Shown: positions 45,005-54,441 of the stretch, in pieces
Numbering within the stretch: the first letter of the stretch is position 1
Layout: the number at the start of each line of letters is the position of its first letter
NCBI GenBank assembly: GCA_002457155.1
Contig: NTJS01000005.1
Coordinates: 1,694-65,693, forward strand
Source of the DNA: Marine Group II euryarchaeote MED-G35
GTDB taxonomy: Archaea > Thermoplasmatota > Poseidoniia > Poseidoniales > Thalassarchaeaceae
Reading direction: 5' to 3'
Length of the DNA stretch: 64,000 nucleotides
Notes under the pieces: generated by a model
What the model was told of the DNA's origin: nothing
Database searches by the model: none
What the model saw: only the letters and a program-made list of their open reading frames with translations
Translations under genes and position numbers: made by a program

Positions 45005-46543
45005 ATGGACGAATTGCCGGAGGGACTCTCTCTACCCCCTCTCGAGGCACGCGCGCACATCCCCTCTGCATCAGTAATGCTGAGCAGAGAAGCAGGTGAC
45101 GGGCATGAGGTCCTGATGGGCCACAGGAGTTCTGAGCTCCCTGCATTCCCAGACCTCTGGTCATTCCCAGGAGGAGGAGTTAGCAGAGTCGATAGAAGAG
45201 CTTCAGAAAGACATCCAGAGTGGTTTTCGAAAATGGGAGAAGACAGGCTTTCCGTATTCACCCTCCTAAGGGAGATGGTGGAGGAAGTCGGAATCTCTCC
45301 CGATGGAAAGGGGAGTTTCTTGGAGGTGGACAACGAGGTTCGAGAGATCGTGTGCAAGGACAAGTCCGGATGGCTGGAGGTCGCAGAGTCAGGTATGATT
45401 TCCACTGATGGCTTCGAATGCGAAATAATCACAGAGAGAATCACCCCTCCCCAGTCGCCTACAAGATTCCACAACCTGTTCTTTCACGTTTCCCTGGGAG
45501 ATTCAGGAGTGGAGCCGTCATTCCCGCCTGGAAGGAGCGAGTTCGATGAGTTTCGCTGGTGGAGGCCGGAAGAGATCATCGAATCGTGGGAGAGGAACGA
45601 GTTGCATGTCCCGCCCCCGATTTTGACCATATTCAGGGACCTGCTAGAGGTAATGGGAGAAATGGACCTGGTTTCTGCCTGTGCGGAGATGGCCGAAGAC
45701 CCTCCATCAGGACCTCATAGGTTCGAGTACGGTCCTGGGGTTGAGTGCATCCTGATACCTACGAATACCCTGCCTCCGTCCACACACACAAACTGCTTCG
45801 TCCTCGGTGAGAGGGGCGGTCAGAGGGCGATAGTCGACCCGGCAATCAGAGACGAAGAGGGGTTCAATCTACTAAAGGACAAGGTGGAGGAGATCAGGGG
45901 CGATGGGAGTGCCATCCTATGCACCGTCTTCACCCACAGGCATCAAGACCACCTAGGAGACATGGGCCTGATATCCCAGATTTACCAAGCCCCAGTTTGG
46001 GCGAGCGAGGAGACCCTGTCAGCCCTCCCTGGCATTCCGGGGACTAGGAAACTCAGCGAGGGCGACATAGTGTGCTTAGACGGGCCCAGTGGGAGGTCGG
46101 ACTGGGAGGTTCTGGAGACTCCCGGACACTGCCCTGGGCAGATCTGCCTAGTGGGTGCGCCGGGAGTCGTGGCGGCAGACAACTGCACCATGGTGGGCAC
46201 CATACTGGTGCCATCTAGCGATGGGGACATGGGGGCCTACATCTCAGGCCTGGAGAGGCTCAGGGACCTTGGCCCTCATACTCTCTTCGCAGGCCACGGA
46301 CCTCTGATTCCAAACCCGGAGAGGACGCTGACCCAGTACATAGAGCATAGGAAGGCCAGGCACGCCAATGTCCTGGAAGCAGTGAGGTCCGGATGCTCGA
46401 CCCTTCGGGATATTGCCAGTTCCGCATACTCGGACACCCCCGGGGCCAATCCGGCTCTAGCCGAGGATCAGGCCCTTTCGCACCTGAAGGAATTAGTCCG
46501 AACGGGAGAAGTCAGGAGGACTGGTGGTGACTTCCATGTCTGA
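45005..46543 (+). CDS. Nudix-like domain fused to LACTB2-like metallo-beta-lactamase-fold hydrolase with C-terminal winged helix
   Basis: Nudix box remnant PGGG...(about 25-aa insert)...REMVEEVGI. MBL motifs HRHQDHLGD, TPGHCPGQ and GHGP. The tail YIEHRKARHANVLEAV...AYSD...LSHLKELVRTGEV is typical of the MBL-associated winged helix. Confidence 0.7.
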   Translation: MDELPEGLSLPPLEARAHIPSASVMLSREAGDGHEVLMGHRSSELPAFPDLWSFPGGGVSRVDRRASERHPEWFSKMGEDRLSVFTLLREMVEEVGISPDGKGSFLEVDNEVREIVCKDKSGWLEVAESGMISTDGFECEIITERITPPQSPTRFHNLFFHVSLGDSGVEPSFPPGRSEFDEFRWWRPEEIIESWERNELHVPPPILTIFRDLLEVMGEMDLVSACAEMAEDPPSGPHRFEYGPGVECILIPTNTLPPSTHTNCFVLGERGGQRAIVDPAIRDEEGFNLLKDKVEEIRGDGSAILCTVFTHRHQDHLGDMGLISQIYQAPVWASEETLSALPGIPGTRKLSEGDIVCLDGPSGRSDWEVLETPGHCPGQICLVGAPGVVAADNCTMVGTILVPSSDGDMGAYISGLERLRDLGPHTLFAGHGPLIPNPERTLTQYIEHRKARHANVLEAVRSGCSTLRDIASSAYSDTPGANPALAEDQALSHLKELVRTGEVRRTGGDFHV

Positions 46544-46603
46544 AAATCCCCTCGTCAATGTTCAAATCAAATCACGGGAACAAATGGATAGGGGAGGTCT
46601 AAT

Positions 46604-48007
46604 GTGAGAAGAGAAGTAGTGATCAGGCTTAACAGACAAGGGCAGTACATCGTCGATGGGCACATCAATAACAAACCAGTTAGATTTGTGGTGGATACCG
46701 GAGCTAATCGATGCTCGATGACTGATGAGAAGGCCGATGCAATTGGCCTGGATTGGAGGAATTGGAAAAAGACGACGTCTCAAACTGCGGGAGGACCGAC
46801 TGAATCATGGTCTGGAACCCTCCATTCTGTTAGAGTTGGAGATATTGAAGTCACAACGGGAGTAAGAGGGGGGGTACTGCCAGACATGGATATAAGAAAT
46901 GCTGATGCGCTCCTAGGAATGAGTTTCCTCAGTCAGATTGAATTCACGCAGGATGATGGGGTGTTAATACTACATGACGGCACCGAGGAAACGATGGCCA
47001 AGGATAGCTCAGACAGGTGGTGGGACAAAGAAAACCCGGATCCGAAGGAAGAAGTCGAGGAAATGATCAACGAGTCTGAGGTTAAAAGACTCAGAAGGGA
47101 GGAGGAGTTAGCCCAAGCAGAGCACGAAGCTAAACTGGCCGAATTAGAAAAGAGGGAGGCTGTTGCAAAGGGGACACCATCCCCAGTGGTATCCGAAGTT
47201 CCAGTAGGAATGGGGAATGATGGAGGTGTCCTTGGTCTTTGGTGGCTTTCACCTGGTGAAGCGGTTTCGATAGGATTAGCAGGAATGCTAACACTATTCT
47301 TCTTCGGGATGGGGAGTCTTGTCGCTGCTGGAGAGTCCGAGTGGGCGACGACCGACGGTACGATCCTGAAAAGCGAACATGGGTGGGAAGTATGGGAGAA
47401 TTGCGATGATTACGAGTGTTGGGACGAGATAGAATGCTACGCATACGTGGACTATTCCTACAGAGTAAATGAGATCGAGTATGTCAAGATTGACGTCTAC
47501 CAAGACATGTGGATTGATTATGACTATCAGGGAGCGGAATTCGACTGTGCCGACCATGTGGAGATAGACAGATTCCCAGTCGGAGGGGTGGTACAGGTAT
47601 GGTACGACATCGAAAAACCGGGAGACTCGGAGTTGGATGAACCCAGTTCCAGTAGCATAATCATATTCTTCTGCTGCATGCCGATTTTCCTACTTATCCT
47701 AGTGGTTACTCTGGTAAATGCAAGGTTCAGCAACGGTCCCAAGTACTCCGAAGTATCAGCAGTTCCGGGCCAGCCAGGCCATGCAGTTGTCCACCACCAT
47801 CACGGAGGCAGGGGATGGGGTTCAGGGAACTTCTTCTTCTTTGGCGGAGTACCAGGTGGAAGAGGTGGAAGGCGTCACTTCAGAAGGAAGGTTACAGGTG
47901 GGGGGCGCAGCAGGAGAGGCGGTGGCGGTCGCAGCAGCAGAGGCGGTGGCGGTCGTAGCAGAGGCGGTGGCGGTCGTAGCAGAGGCGGCGGTGGCCGGAG
48001 AAGGTGA
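46604..48007 (+). CDS. Retropepsin-like aspartic protease domain, coiled coil, TM, DUF3592-like domain, TM, His4 and RGG tail
   Basis: GTG start. Protease block YIVDGHINNKPVRFVVDTGANRCSM ... ALLGMSFL. Coiled coil VKRLRREEELAQAEHEAKLAELEKRE. Two TM segments flank a Cys/Trp/Tyr-rich ~110-aa domain. C-terminus HHHHGGRGWG...GGGRSRRGGGGRSSRGGGGRSRGGGGRSRGGGGRRR. Confidence 0.7.
   Translation: MRREVVIRLNRQGQYIVDGHINNKPVRFVVDTGANRCSMTDEKADAIGLDWRNWKKTTSQTAGGPTESWSGTLHSVRVGDIEVTTGVRGGVLPDMDIRNADALLGMSFLSQIEFTQDDGVLILHDGTEETMAKDSSDRWWDKENPDPKEEVEEMINESEVKRLRREEELAQAEHEAKLAELEKREAVAKGTPSPVVSEVPVGMGNDGGVLGLWWLSPGEAVSIGLAGMLTLFFFGMGSLVAAGESEWATTDGTILKSEHGWEVWENCDDYECWDEIECYAYVDYSYRVNEIEYVKIDVYQDMWIDYDYQGAEFDCADHVEIDRFPVGGVVQVWYDIEKPGDSELDEPSSSSIIIFFCCMPIFLLILVVTLVNARFSNGPKYSEVSAVPGQPGHAVVHHHHGGRGWGSGNFFFFGGVPGGRGGRRHFRRKVTGGGRSRRGGGGRSSRGGGGRSRGGGGRSRGGGGRRR
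47915..48001 (+). repeat. 21-bp tandem repeat (about 4 units) encoding (RGGGGRS)n
   Basis: Units agaggcggtggcggtcg[c/t]agc occur at 47915-47935, 47939-47959 and 47960-47980, followed by a diverged unit. Units 2 and 3 are identical. Confidence 0.85.
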
Positions 48008-48054
48008 CTCTCCAGATAGAGAACCCTGAAATCTAGGAATGGAATCTCGTTCTC

Positions 48055-48909
48055 ATGGAAGGTCTTTGGAACGGTCCTCCGGTTCTAGATGGGCATGTTG
48101 CTGATGAGCATTGGATCGAAGTGGAGTCGGGAGTCTCGATTAGGGTACTGGTCTGGGATGCAGAGGAGACGGGTCCGGATTCCGGAACCGTGGTGATGGT
48201 CCCAGGATGGGGTTCCCTCTTCGAGGGGTGGCGCCCATTGATCACTGAGTGGGTAAAGAGCAGACATCTGATCTACATCGAGACTAGAGAGAAGGCCAGT
48301 TCGAAGTTCAACAGGAGAATTTCAAAGGATGACTTCTCCATCGAAAGGCACTCGAAAGACATCGCGGTCGTTCTCGAGGCCTTAGACGTCGATCAGACGA
48401 ATATTGACTGGTACTCCTCGTCACTTGGCTCGACCCTCCTTATCGATGCGTTCGAGAAGGGAGATTTGGGTGGTAGGAGCTCGGTCCTCCTTGCTCCGAA
48501 CCCGGACTTCAAATTCCCACTATGGTCTAGGATGATCATCTACTCGCCGCTCCCCATGGTGGCTTTCCGAAAGATGGTTGGTTTCGTGGCCTGGGTGGTG
48601 AACAGGAGAACTAAGGAAGAGGGTCAGAAGGTTCGTTATCGCAGAGCTCTGCTAGCTCAAGACGTCCCGCGTATGCTCCTCTCCGCTAGATGGAACCTCG
48701 GATACAGCCTTCCTGAAGACCTATCGCACATAGAAGTCCCTTGCGCTGTGATGACTGCGACTTCGGATACCCTGCATGACTTCGACAAGGTTCAGAGAAT
48801 CGCAGATTCAATTCCAAATTGCAGGATGATAAAGGTCCCTTCGAACCAGTACGCCCACGAGCCGGATGTCCTGAGGGAAATGCAAGAATTCCACTCTTCC
48901 CTACCTTGA
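48055..48909 (+). CDS. Alpha/beta-fold hydrolase
   Basis: Oxyanion region VVMVPGWGS, nucleophile elbow variant YSSSLGS and C-terminal His (YAHEPD). Confidence 0.65.
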   Translation: MEGLWNGPPVLDGHVADEHWIEVESGVSIRVLVWDAEETGPDSGTVVMVPGWGSLFEGWRPLITEWVKSRHLIYIETREKASSKFNRRISKDDFSIERHSKDIAVVLEALDVDQTNIDWYSSSLGSTLLIDAFEKGDLGGRSSVLLAPNPDFKFPLWSRMIIYSPLPMVAFRKMVGFVAWVVNRRTKEEGQKVRYRRALLAQDVPRMLLSARWNLGYSLPEDLSHIEVPCAVMTATSDTLHDFDKVQRIADSIPNCRMIKVPSNQYAHEPDVLREMQEFHSSLP

Positions 48910-48971
48910 GTGCCAGATCTCCCCTATCGATTCCCTGATGAAGGGCGCCGTTCCGGACGATATTGAGAATC

Positions 48972-51113
48972 ATGCGGAGCCAGTCATCCTCTTTCGAAAT
49001 CGCGCGAATAGTGCGAGAGATGACGAACATGGTAGGTGCGAGAGTTAGGAAGGCATACCAACCGCACTACGAACAGATAGTTCTGAGGCTGAACAGGAAG
49101 GGAGAGCCATCTACAGATCTAGTAATCGTTAGAGGCCTGAGGGCATACGCATCGAACAGGGATAGGCCGATGCCGACCCAACCCTCGCAGTTCGCAATGA
49201 TTCTGAGGAAGCACCTCAACAACTCCAGGTTGGTAGGGGTCGAGCAATTCGGATTCGACAGGGTGATTCGTTTGGAATTCGAGCATGGCAAGGGTCGTCT
49301 AAGCCTCGTGATAGAGTTGTTCCGAGATGGGAACGTCGTGCTTCTCGATGGGGATGGGGTAATCGTCCGCCCGCTCACACATGCCAAATACGCCAGTCGT
49401 TCACTGAAGAAGGGAGAGAGCTATGCCCCCCCTCCAGAGGCAGTTGATCCAAGGAATCTGGATAGGGGTTCCCTTGATGGGATTCTAGATGGCAGCGATC
49501 ATGCCCTAATCAGGACCCTAGCCTCTAGGGCGAATCTTGGCAGAGTGTACGGAAGTGCGGTATGCTCCATCTCCGGCATAGACGAGGATACACAATCAGA
49601 TTCTCTTACCACTGAGCAGAGGGATTCACTCGATTCTGCATTGAAGGAAATGCTAGGAGACCTAGATGGCGGAGAGGGGGGTAACATCTGGCTTTCCGAT
49701 ACGGAATCCAAGACATCTTGGATGGATGCCGACAACGAGTCAGAGAGAGACTCGGCAGCAGCTGGGATCGTCGAGTTCTCCCCAATCAGCCTGCCATCGA
49801 TGAACGAGGAAATGAGAGTAGCCGTCAGCAGCCTCTCCCTGGTCTACGATTTCATATTCGGTTCTCATGATGCTGCAGCGTTCATCCGCAGGGAGGAGGA
49901 GAAATTGATCGAGACCGGTGAACGCGCCGAAGACGAAAGTTCGAAGTTGTCTAGGAGGGCATCCCAGCAGGAGAAAGCGATAGAGAGATTCAACCAGAGG
50001 GCAGCAATCACACAGGAGCTTGGCAAGTCGATTCAAGATAACTGGGAGCATGTGGATTCGATTTTGGCTCAGCTTAGTGCTGCCGTGGAAGAGAAAGGCT
50101 GGCAGGATGTTGCAGAAATTGCCCATGAAGTTGTTTGGGTAGACAGTTTGAACCCGTCAAAGCATACCGTTGTTGCATACCTACCAGATGAGGATGGTGA
50201 GCCAGGGGCCAAAGTCACCCTAGAGGCCTCCAAGACCGTGCACCAGAACGCGCAGAGGTACTTCGAAGAGGCACGGACCCAGAAGAACAAGGCAAAGGGA
50301 GCGCAAGAGGCTCTGGAGAAGACCGAGAGATCCAGGAAGACTGCTGAGAAGAAGGCCGCCAAGGAGGCAGCATCTGGAAGGCTCAAAGGGAGGAAGAGAG
50401 CCAGAAGATTCTGGTTCGAGAAGTACCGCTGGGCGATAGTATCTGGAGGGCATCTGCTGATTGGGGGGAAAGATGCCAAGGGGAACGACGTCTTGGTTAG
50501 GAAGCACCTCTCGACCAACGACCTTTACTTCCATGCTGATCTGCACGGCGCACCCTCATGCTCACTGAAACTCAAAGATGGCTTGATTCCGAGCAAATCG
50601 CAGCAGGGAGTCGTTCCCGAAGGTGTGGCGTCACTGCAGATTTCTCAGACCCTGGGGGAGGGATTGGAGGATGCACGTGAATTGGAGGATTCGGTAATCT
50701 CTGAAGCTGCTCAGATCTCTGTGTGTTGGTCAAGGGCTTGGGGAAGCGGTGGTGCTGCAGCTACAGCTTTCCATGCCAGATCAAGCCAGGTTTCCAAGAC
50801 TACAGAGACAGGGGAGTCTCTAGCAAGAGGATCATTCGTAGTAAGGGGTGAGAGGAGTTGGCATCGGGATACTCCTCTAGAGATTGCAATCGGATTGGCG
50901 GTAGTGAATGGCGTCCCTCTCCCCGTTTCAGGCGTTCCCAAGGTAATCTCAGAGATGTGCGAAAGGTGGGCTAGTATAGTTCCAGGCATGGAAAAGAAGG
51001 ACAGCGTCGCTAACAGAATCTCGAAATCGACTGGGCTGGCGCAGGAAGACGTTCTTTCCTGTCTCCCTCCTGGTGGATGCTCGGTGGAAGACCACGGGCT
51101 AATTCAGCCCTGA
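48972..51113 (+). CDS. NFACT-family protein (FbpA/NEMF/Rqc2 homolog) with NFACT-N, coiled coil and NFACT-R (DUF814)
   Basis: N-terminus SSSFEIARIVREM...RVRKAYQP...IVLRL. Long helical middle. DUF814 block GGHLLIGGKDAKGNDVLVRKHLSTNDLYFHADLHGAPS. ATG 48972 is preferred over TTG 48963. Confidence 0.85.
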   Translation: MRSQSSSFEIARIVREMTNMVGARVRKAYQPHYEQIVLRLNRKGEPSTDLVIVRGLRAYASNRDRPMPTQPSQFAMILRKHLNNSRLVGVEQFGFDRVIRLEFEHGKGRLSLVIELFRDGNVVLLDGDGVIVRPLTHAKYASRSLKKGESYAPPPEAVDPRNLDRGSLDGILDGSDHALIRTLASRANLGRVYGSAVCSISGIDEDTQSDSLTTEQRDSLDSALKEMLGDLDGGEGGNIWLSDTESKTSWMDADNESERDSAAAGIVEFSPISLPSMNEEMRVAVSSLSLVYDFIFGSHDAAAFIRREEEKLIETGERAEDESSKLSRRASQQEKAIERFNQRAAITQELGKSIQDNWEHVDSILAQLSAAVEEKGWQDVAEIAHEVVWVDSLNPSKHTVVAYLPDEDGEPGAKVTLEASKTVHQNAQRYFEEARTQKNKAKGAQEALEKTERSRKTAEKKAAKEAASGRLKGRKRARRFWFEKYRWAIVSGGHLLIGGKDAKGNDVLVRKHLSTNDLYFHADLHGAPSCSLKLKDGLIPSKSQQGVVPEGVASLQISQTLGEGLEDARELEDSVISEAAQISVCWSRAWGSGGAAATAFHARSSQVSKTTETGESLARGSFVVRGERSWHRDTPLEIAIGLAVVNGVPLPVSGVPKVISEMCERWASIVPGMEKKDSVANRISKSTGLAQEDVLSCLPPGGCSVEDHGLIQP

Positions 51114-51715
51114 TGTCTAGACTTCCACTCCGGGGCAGTGATTGCATAGAGTGAAGAGTCCGTGAAGTGGTCATACAACCACTCTCTATCCTTTGAGATG
51201 CCCTCGATCCTCATTCCCAGCCTCTCTGCAACAGCTCGGCTTTGGTAGTTCTCGACTGCTGCTTCGATCACTGACCTATGGAGCTTCAGATCATCGAAGC
51301 AGTGATCCATCATCCTTGAGCAAGACTTGGTGATGATTCCCTGGCCATTCGAGGACTGAGAGACCCAGTACCCCAGTCCGAAGCTCCTGTTACTCCAATC
51401 CACCCAGTTCAGGCTTATCACTCCCACCAGATTCCCGAATTGCCGGATTATGTAGAAGGCGAAATCATCGGCCTTTTTCTCCGAAAGGCTCCGGATGAGA
51501 GCGAGTTCGTCATCCACTGATTTGACGTCATCCAACCAAGGCAGCCACTTCCTCAGATATGCTCGGTTTTCATCCACTATGATGAACAGCTCTTGCGCGT
51601 CTCCCTCCATTGGGACGACAATCTCCAAGCCTTCCTCCACGAACAGTGATTTTGCAGGTTCGGGATGAGGAGCGTCGGGGTCTTCTGGCCAACCAATCGG
51701 CTCAGACATCAACAT
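51104..51715 (-). CDS. GNAT family N-acetyltransferase (RimJ/RimL-like)
   Basis: Blocks LGYWVSQSSNGQGIITKS and H.SVIEAAVENYQSRAVAERLGM. The start is moved to ATG 51715 (MLMSEPIG), because the longer ORF overlaps the divergent TDO gene. Confidence 0.7.
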   Translation of the reverse strand: MLMSEPIGWPEDPDAPHPEPAKSLFVEEGLEIVVPMEGDAQELFIIVDENRAYLRKWLPWLDDVKSVDDELALIRSLSEKKADDFAFYIIRQFGNLVGVISLNWVDWSNRSFGLGYWVSQSSNGQGIITKSCSRMMDHCFDDLKLHRSVIEAAVENYQSRAVAERLGMRIEGISKDREWLYDHFTDSSLYAITAPEWKSRHQG

Positions 51716-51788
51716 AGCCACACATTGGGAAGTTATAGAATTTCTAATTCGGCGGCAACGCTTCAAGTGGGCTGCCTCATGCGAGGCT

Positions 51789-52871
51789 ATGAGCGGAAGC
51801 GGGGGGTCTGGCAACTGGACCTATGGAGACTATCTGCAACTGCACGAATTATTGGATCTGCAAGGAGATGACAGGGGCGTTTCTTCCGATGAGATGCACT
51901 TCATCATCGTCCACCAAACATTTGAGTTATGGTTCAAGCAGATCATCAGAGAGCTGTCTGAGACTAGGGATATTCTAGCACAGGTTCCAGTACCCGAAGA
52001 CGACATTCCTCGTGCAGTCGATCATTTGACAAGAACTACTGAGATTTTCCGATTGATGGCAAATCAGTGGACAGTCCTAGAGACTCTCACTCCACAAGGA
52101 TTCCTGGCTTTCAGGGATGGTTTGGGAACTGCCTCTGGCTTCGAATCATTCCAGATGAGGGAGTTCGAGTCCCTACTTGGATTGGAAACAGAAGACCGAA
52201 TGTTTGGGATGGATCCGATCAAGACATTCAGAAAGCTAGCCGAGAGAGGAGGTAGGGACAAAGAGGTCCTAGAAAGGCTAGAGGCACATCAAGGGAATGC
52301 ATCCCTCTATGAATCTCTGATGAGATGGATGGAACGCACTCCAATCATGGGATCAAAATGTGAGGGTGAGGGTGACGAAGAAACAGTTAGGGATTATGTC
52401 AATTCGCACTTAGCGGCACACCTCCAGATGGGGAATGAAGCCATGGAGAGAATGTCCGGGATGGACGAGGATGGCTCAACTAGGATGAAGGATAGATTGG
52501 ATGCTGCACAAGAGTCTGCGACTTCTTTCCTAATACCAGATGGAGAGGTGAGTCGCGGTCGTGCCGGACTCCTATTCATCGAGTCGTATCGAGAGTTGCC
52601 CCTCCTCACCTGGCCTAGGAAACTAATCGATGCATTCGTAGAACTCGAAGAGTCGATGGCGAAGTGGAGGCATGACCATGCACGTATGGTCGAGAGAATC
52701 ATCGGGAAGAGAACGGGTACAGGTGGAACCAGTGGAGTAGACTATCTGGACGCCACTGCACGATACAGAATTTTCAAGGATCTTTGGGAAGTTAGGACAA
52801 TACTAGTGAAGCCACAGAATAGGCCTGATTTGCTTAATGCAGAATTTTACGGATACACTGTTGATTCATGA
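51789..52871 (+). CDS. kynA: Tryptophan 2,3-dioxygenase
   Basis: Motifs TYGDYLQLHELLDLQ, EMHFIIVHQTFELWFKQ, GFQSxxFR-like GFESFQMREFE and the proximal His region WRHDHARMVERIIGKRTGTGGTSG. Confidence 0.85.
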   Translation: MSGSGGSGNWTYGDYLQLHELLDLQGDDRGVSSDEMHFIIVHQTFELWFKQIIRELSETRDILAQVPVPEDDIPRAVDHLTRTTEIFRLMANQWTVLETLTPQGFLAFRDGLGTASGFESFQMREFESLLGLETEDRMFGMDPIKTFRKLAERGGRDKEVLERLEAHQGNASLYESLMRWMERTPIMGSKCEGEGDEETVRDYVNSHLAAHLQMGNEAMERMSGMDEDGSTRMKDRLDAAQESATSFLIPDGEVSRGRAGLLFIESYRELPLLTWPRKLIDAFVELEESMAKWRHDHARMVERIIGKRTGTGGTSGVDYLDATARYRIFKDLWEVRTILVKPQNRPDLLNAEFYGYTVDS

Positions 52872-52928
52872 ATTGTGAGGACGAAGTAGCATCGTGCCAT
52901 TGAAGGCTAGGTCGTCAGTCGAACGGGT

Positions 52929-54089
52929 ATGCCTGTTCCGGTCATTTGTGCCTATGCCCGGACTCCGATAGGCAAGTTCGGAGGCTCACTTTCAGATTAC
53001 AGCGCAGTAGACCTGGGCATTCTGACCGTAAATGAGCTCTTGGACCGCGCGGGAATCAACCCTGGGATGGGTATTGTTGACCAGGTGTACATGGGTCAGG
53101 TCCTACAAGCAGGATGTGGCCAGGCTCCGGCTCGTCAGGTTGCTATTGGGGCAGGAATGCCAGTAACCACTCCCTGCACAACAATCAACAAAGTATGCGG
53201 ATCAAGCCTGAAGGCGGCAATGATCGCTGCCACAGAAATCAGAGCTGGGGTATCCAGAGTTGTGGTTGCCGGTGGGATGGAGTCAATGAGCAATGCTCCT
53301 TACTTAGCAAGGGATGTGAAGAAAGGGGAAGACGTCTCGTTTTCCTCTCTTGAATCAGTATTGATGGAAGATGGATTGAGGGATGCATTCTCTGGAGAGT
53401 CTATGGGAAATACTGGGGACACAGTTGCAGAGGAACATGGAATTAGCAGGTCTGATTCGGACAAGTTCTCTGTACGATCACATACCCTTGCCAACAACGC
53501 TTGGGAAGAGGGTTGGTTCAACAGAGAGGTTTTTCCAGTTGGATCACTATATAGGGACGAGGGGATTCGACCAGAGACAAACGAAGAAACCCTTTCTGGC
53601 CTAAGATCTGTTTTCTCGAAAGGAGGTCAGGTTACAGCGGGAAATGCCAGTCAAGTATCCGATGGCGCCTCTGCTGTTCTCATTGCTTCCGAAGAGGCAG
53701 CAGAGGAACTTGGATTGCCAGTATTGGCTAGAATCGTGGAATATGCCACCTCGGGAGTCGAGGCAAGTAGAGTGATGTCCGCGCCAATTCCAACGGTGAA
53801 TAAGCTACTAGAAAAATCGGGAAGAACGATGGGGGAGATTGACATTCTGGAGCACAACGAGGCATTCGCCTCGGCGTCTTGTGCCATCAGGAAGTCACTG
53901 GAAGTTCCCGACGATTCCTTCAACCCACATGGTGGCGCCATAGCAATCGGACACCCCCTTGGGGCAACTGGGACTAGATGTCTGATGACCCTGGTAAATG
54001 CAATGAGTAGAACTGGGGGGAAAAGGGGGATTGTGACTGTTTGTCTGGGTGGAGGGAACGCTGTAGCCATGATGGTTGAGACCCCGTAG
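52929..54089 (+). CDS. Acetyl-CoA C-acetyltransferase (thiolase II-like)
   Basis: Active-site Cys block INKVCGSSLKA, then NEAFA, GGAIAIGHPLGATG and CLGGGNAVAMMVE. Confidence 0.9.
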   Translation: MPVPVICAYARTPIGKFGGSLSDYSAVDLGILTVNELLDRAGINPGMGIVDQVYMGQVLQAGCGQAPARQVAIGAGMPVTTPCTTINKVCGSSLKAAMIAATEIRAGVSRVVVAGGMESMSNAPYLARDVKKGEDVSFSSLESVLMEDGLRDAFSGESMGNTGDTVAEEHGISRSDSDKFSVRSHTLANNAWEEGWFNREVFPVGSLYRDEGIRPETNEETLSGLRSVFSKGGQVTAGNASQVSDGASAVLIASEEAAEELGLPVLARIVEYATSGVEASRVMSAPIPTVNKLLEKSGRTMGEIDILEHNEAFASASCAIRKSLEVPDDSFNPHGGAIAIGHPLGATGTRCLMTLVNAMSRTGGKRGIVTVCLGGGNAVAMMVETP

Positions 54090-54153
54090 CCATCAAATCA
54101 TTCTCTAAGTGGAGTCATAGACCTTATTTGGGGGTCTCCGGTCGACCGCCCCG

Positions 54154-54408
54154 ATGGTTGAGCCAGCAAGAGCACACACACGCTTCGAAAAGGCCAGAAT
54201 TATTGGTGCCAGAGCGCTTCAAATTAGCATGGGAGCACCGCTCTTCGTTACCGAGGACGAATTGCGCGAAAAGTACAGCAGCGAGTTGATTCAACTCTAT
54301 GGTGTCGATGACGCCAAGGAGAAGGTAGTTCTTGATCCAATGAAGATCGCGACACTGGAGTATGAGCAGAATAAGATTCCAATCGACATCGACCCGCACG
54401 AAGAGTGA
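54154..54408 (+). CDS. rpoK: DNA-directed RNA polymerase subunit K (Rpo6)
   Basis: Motif [21 protein letters not shown] and P..IA..E. Length 84 aa. Confidence 0.85.
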   Translation: MVEPARAHTRFEKARIIGARALQISMGAPLFVTEDELREKYSSELIQLYGVDDAKEKVVLDPMKIATLEYEQNKIPIDIDPHEE

Positions 54409-54441
54409 AGCGGAGCAGCCCCTTACAGGGAGCGATAGCAT

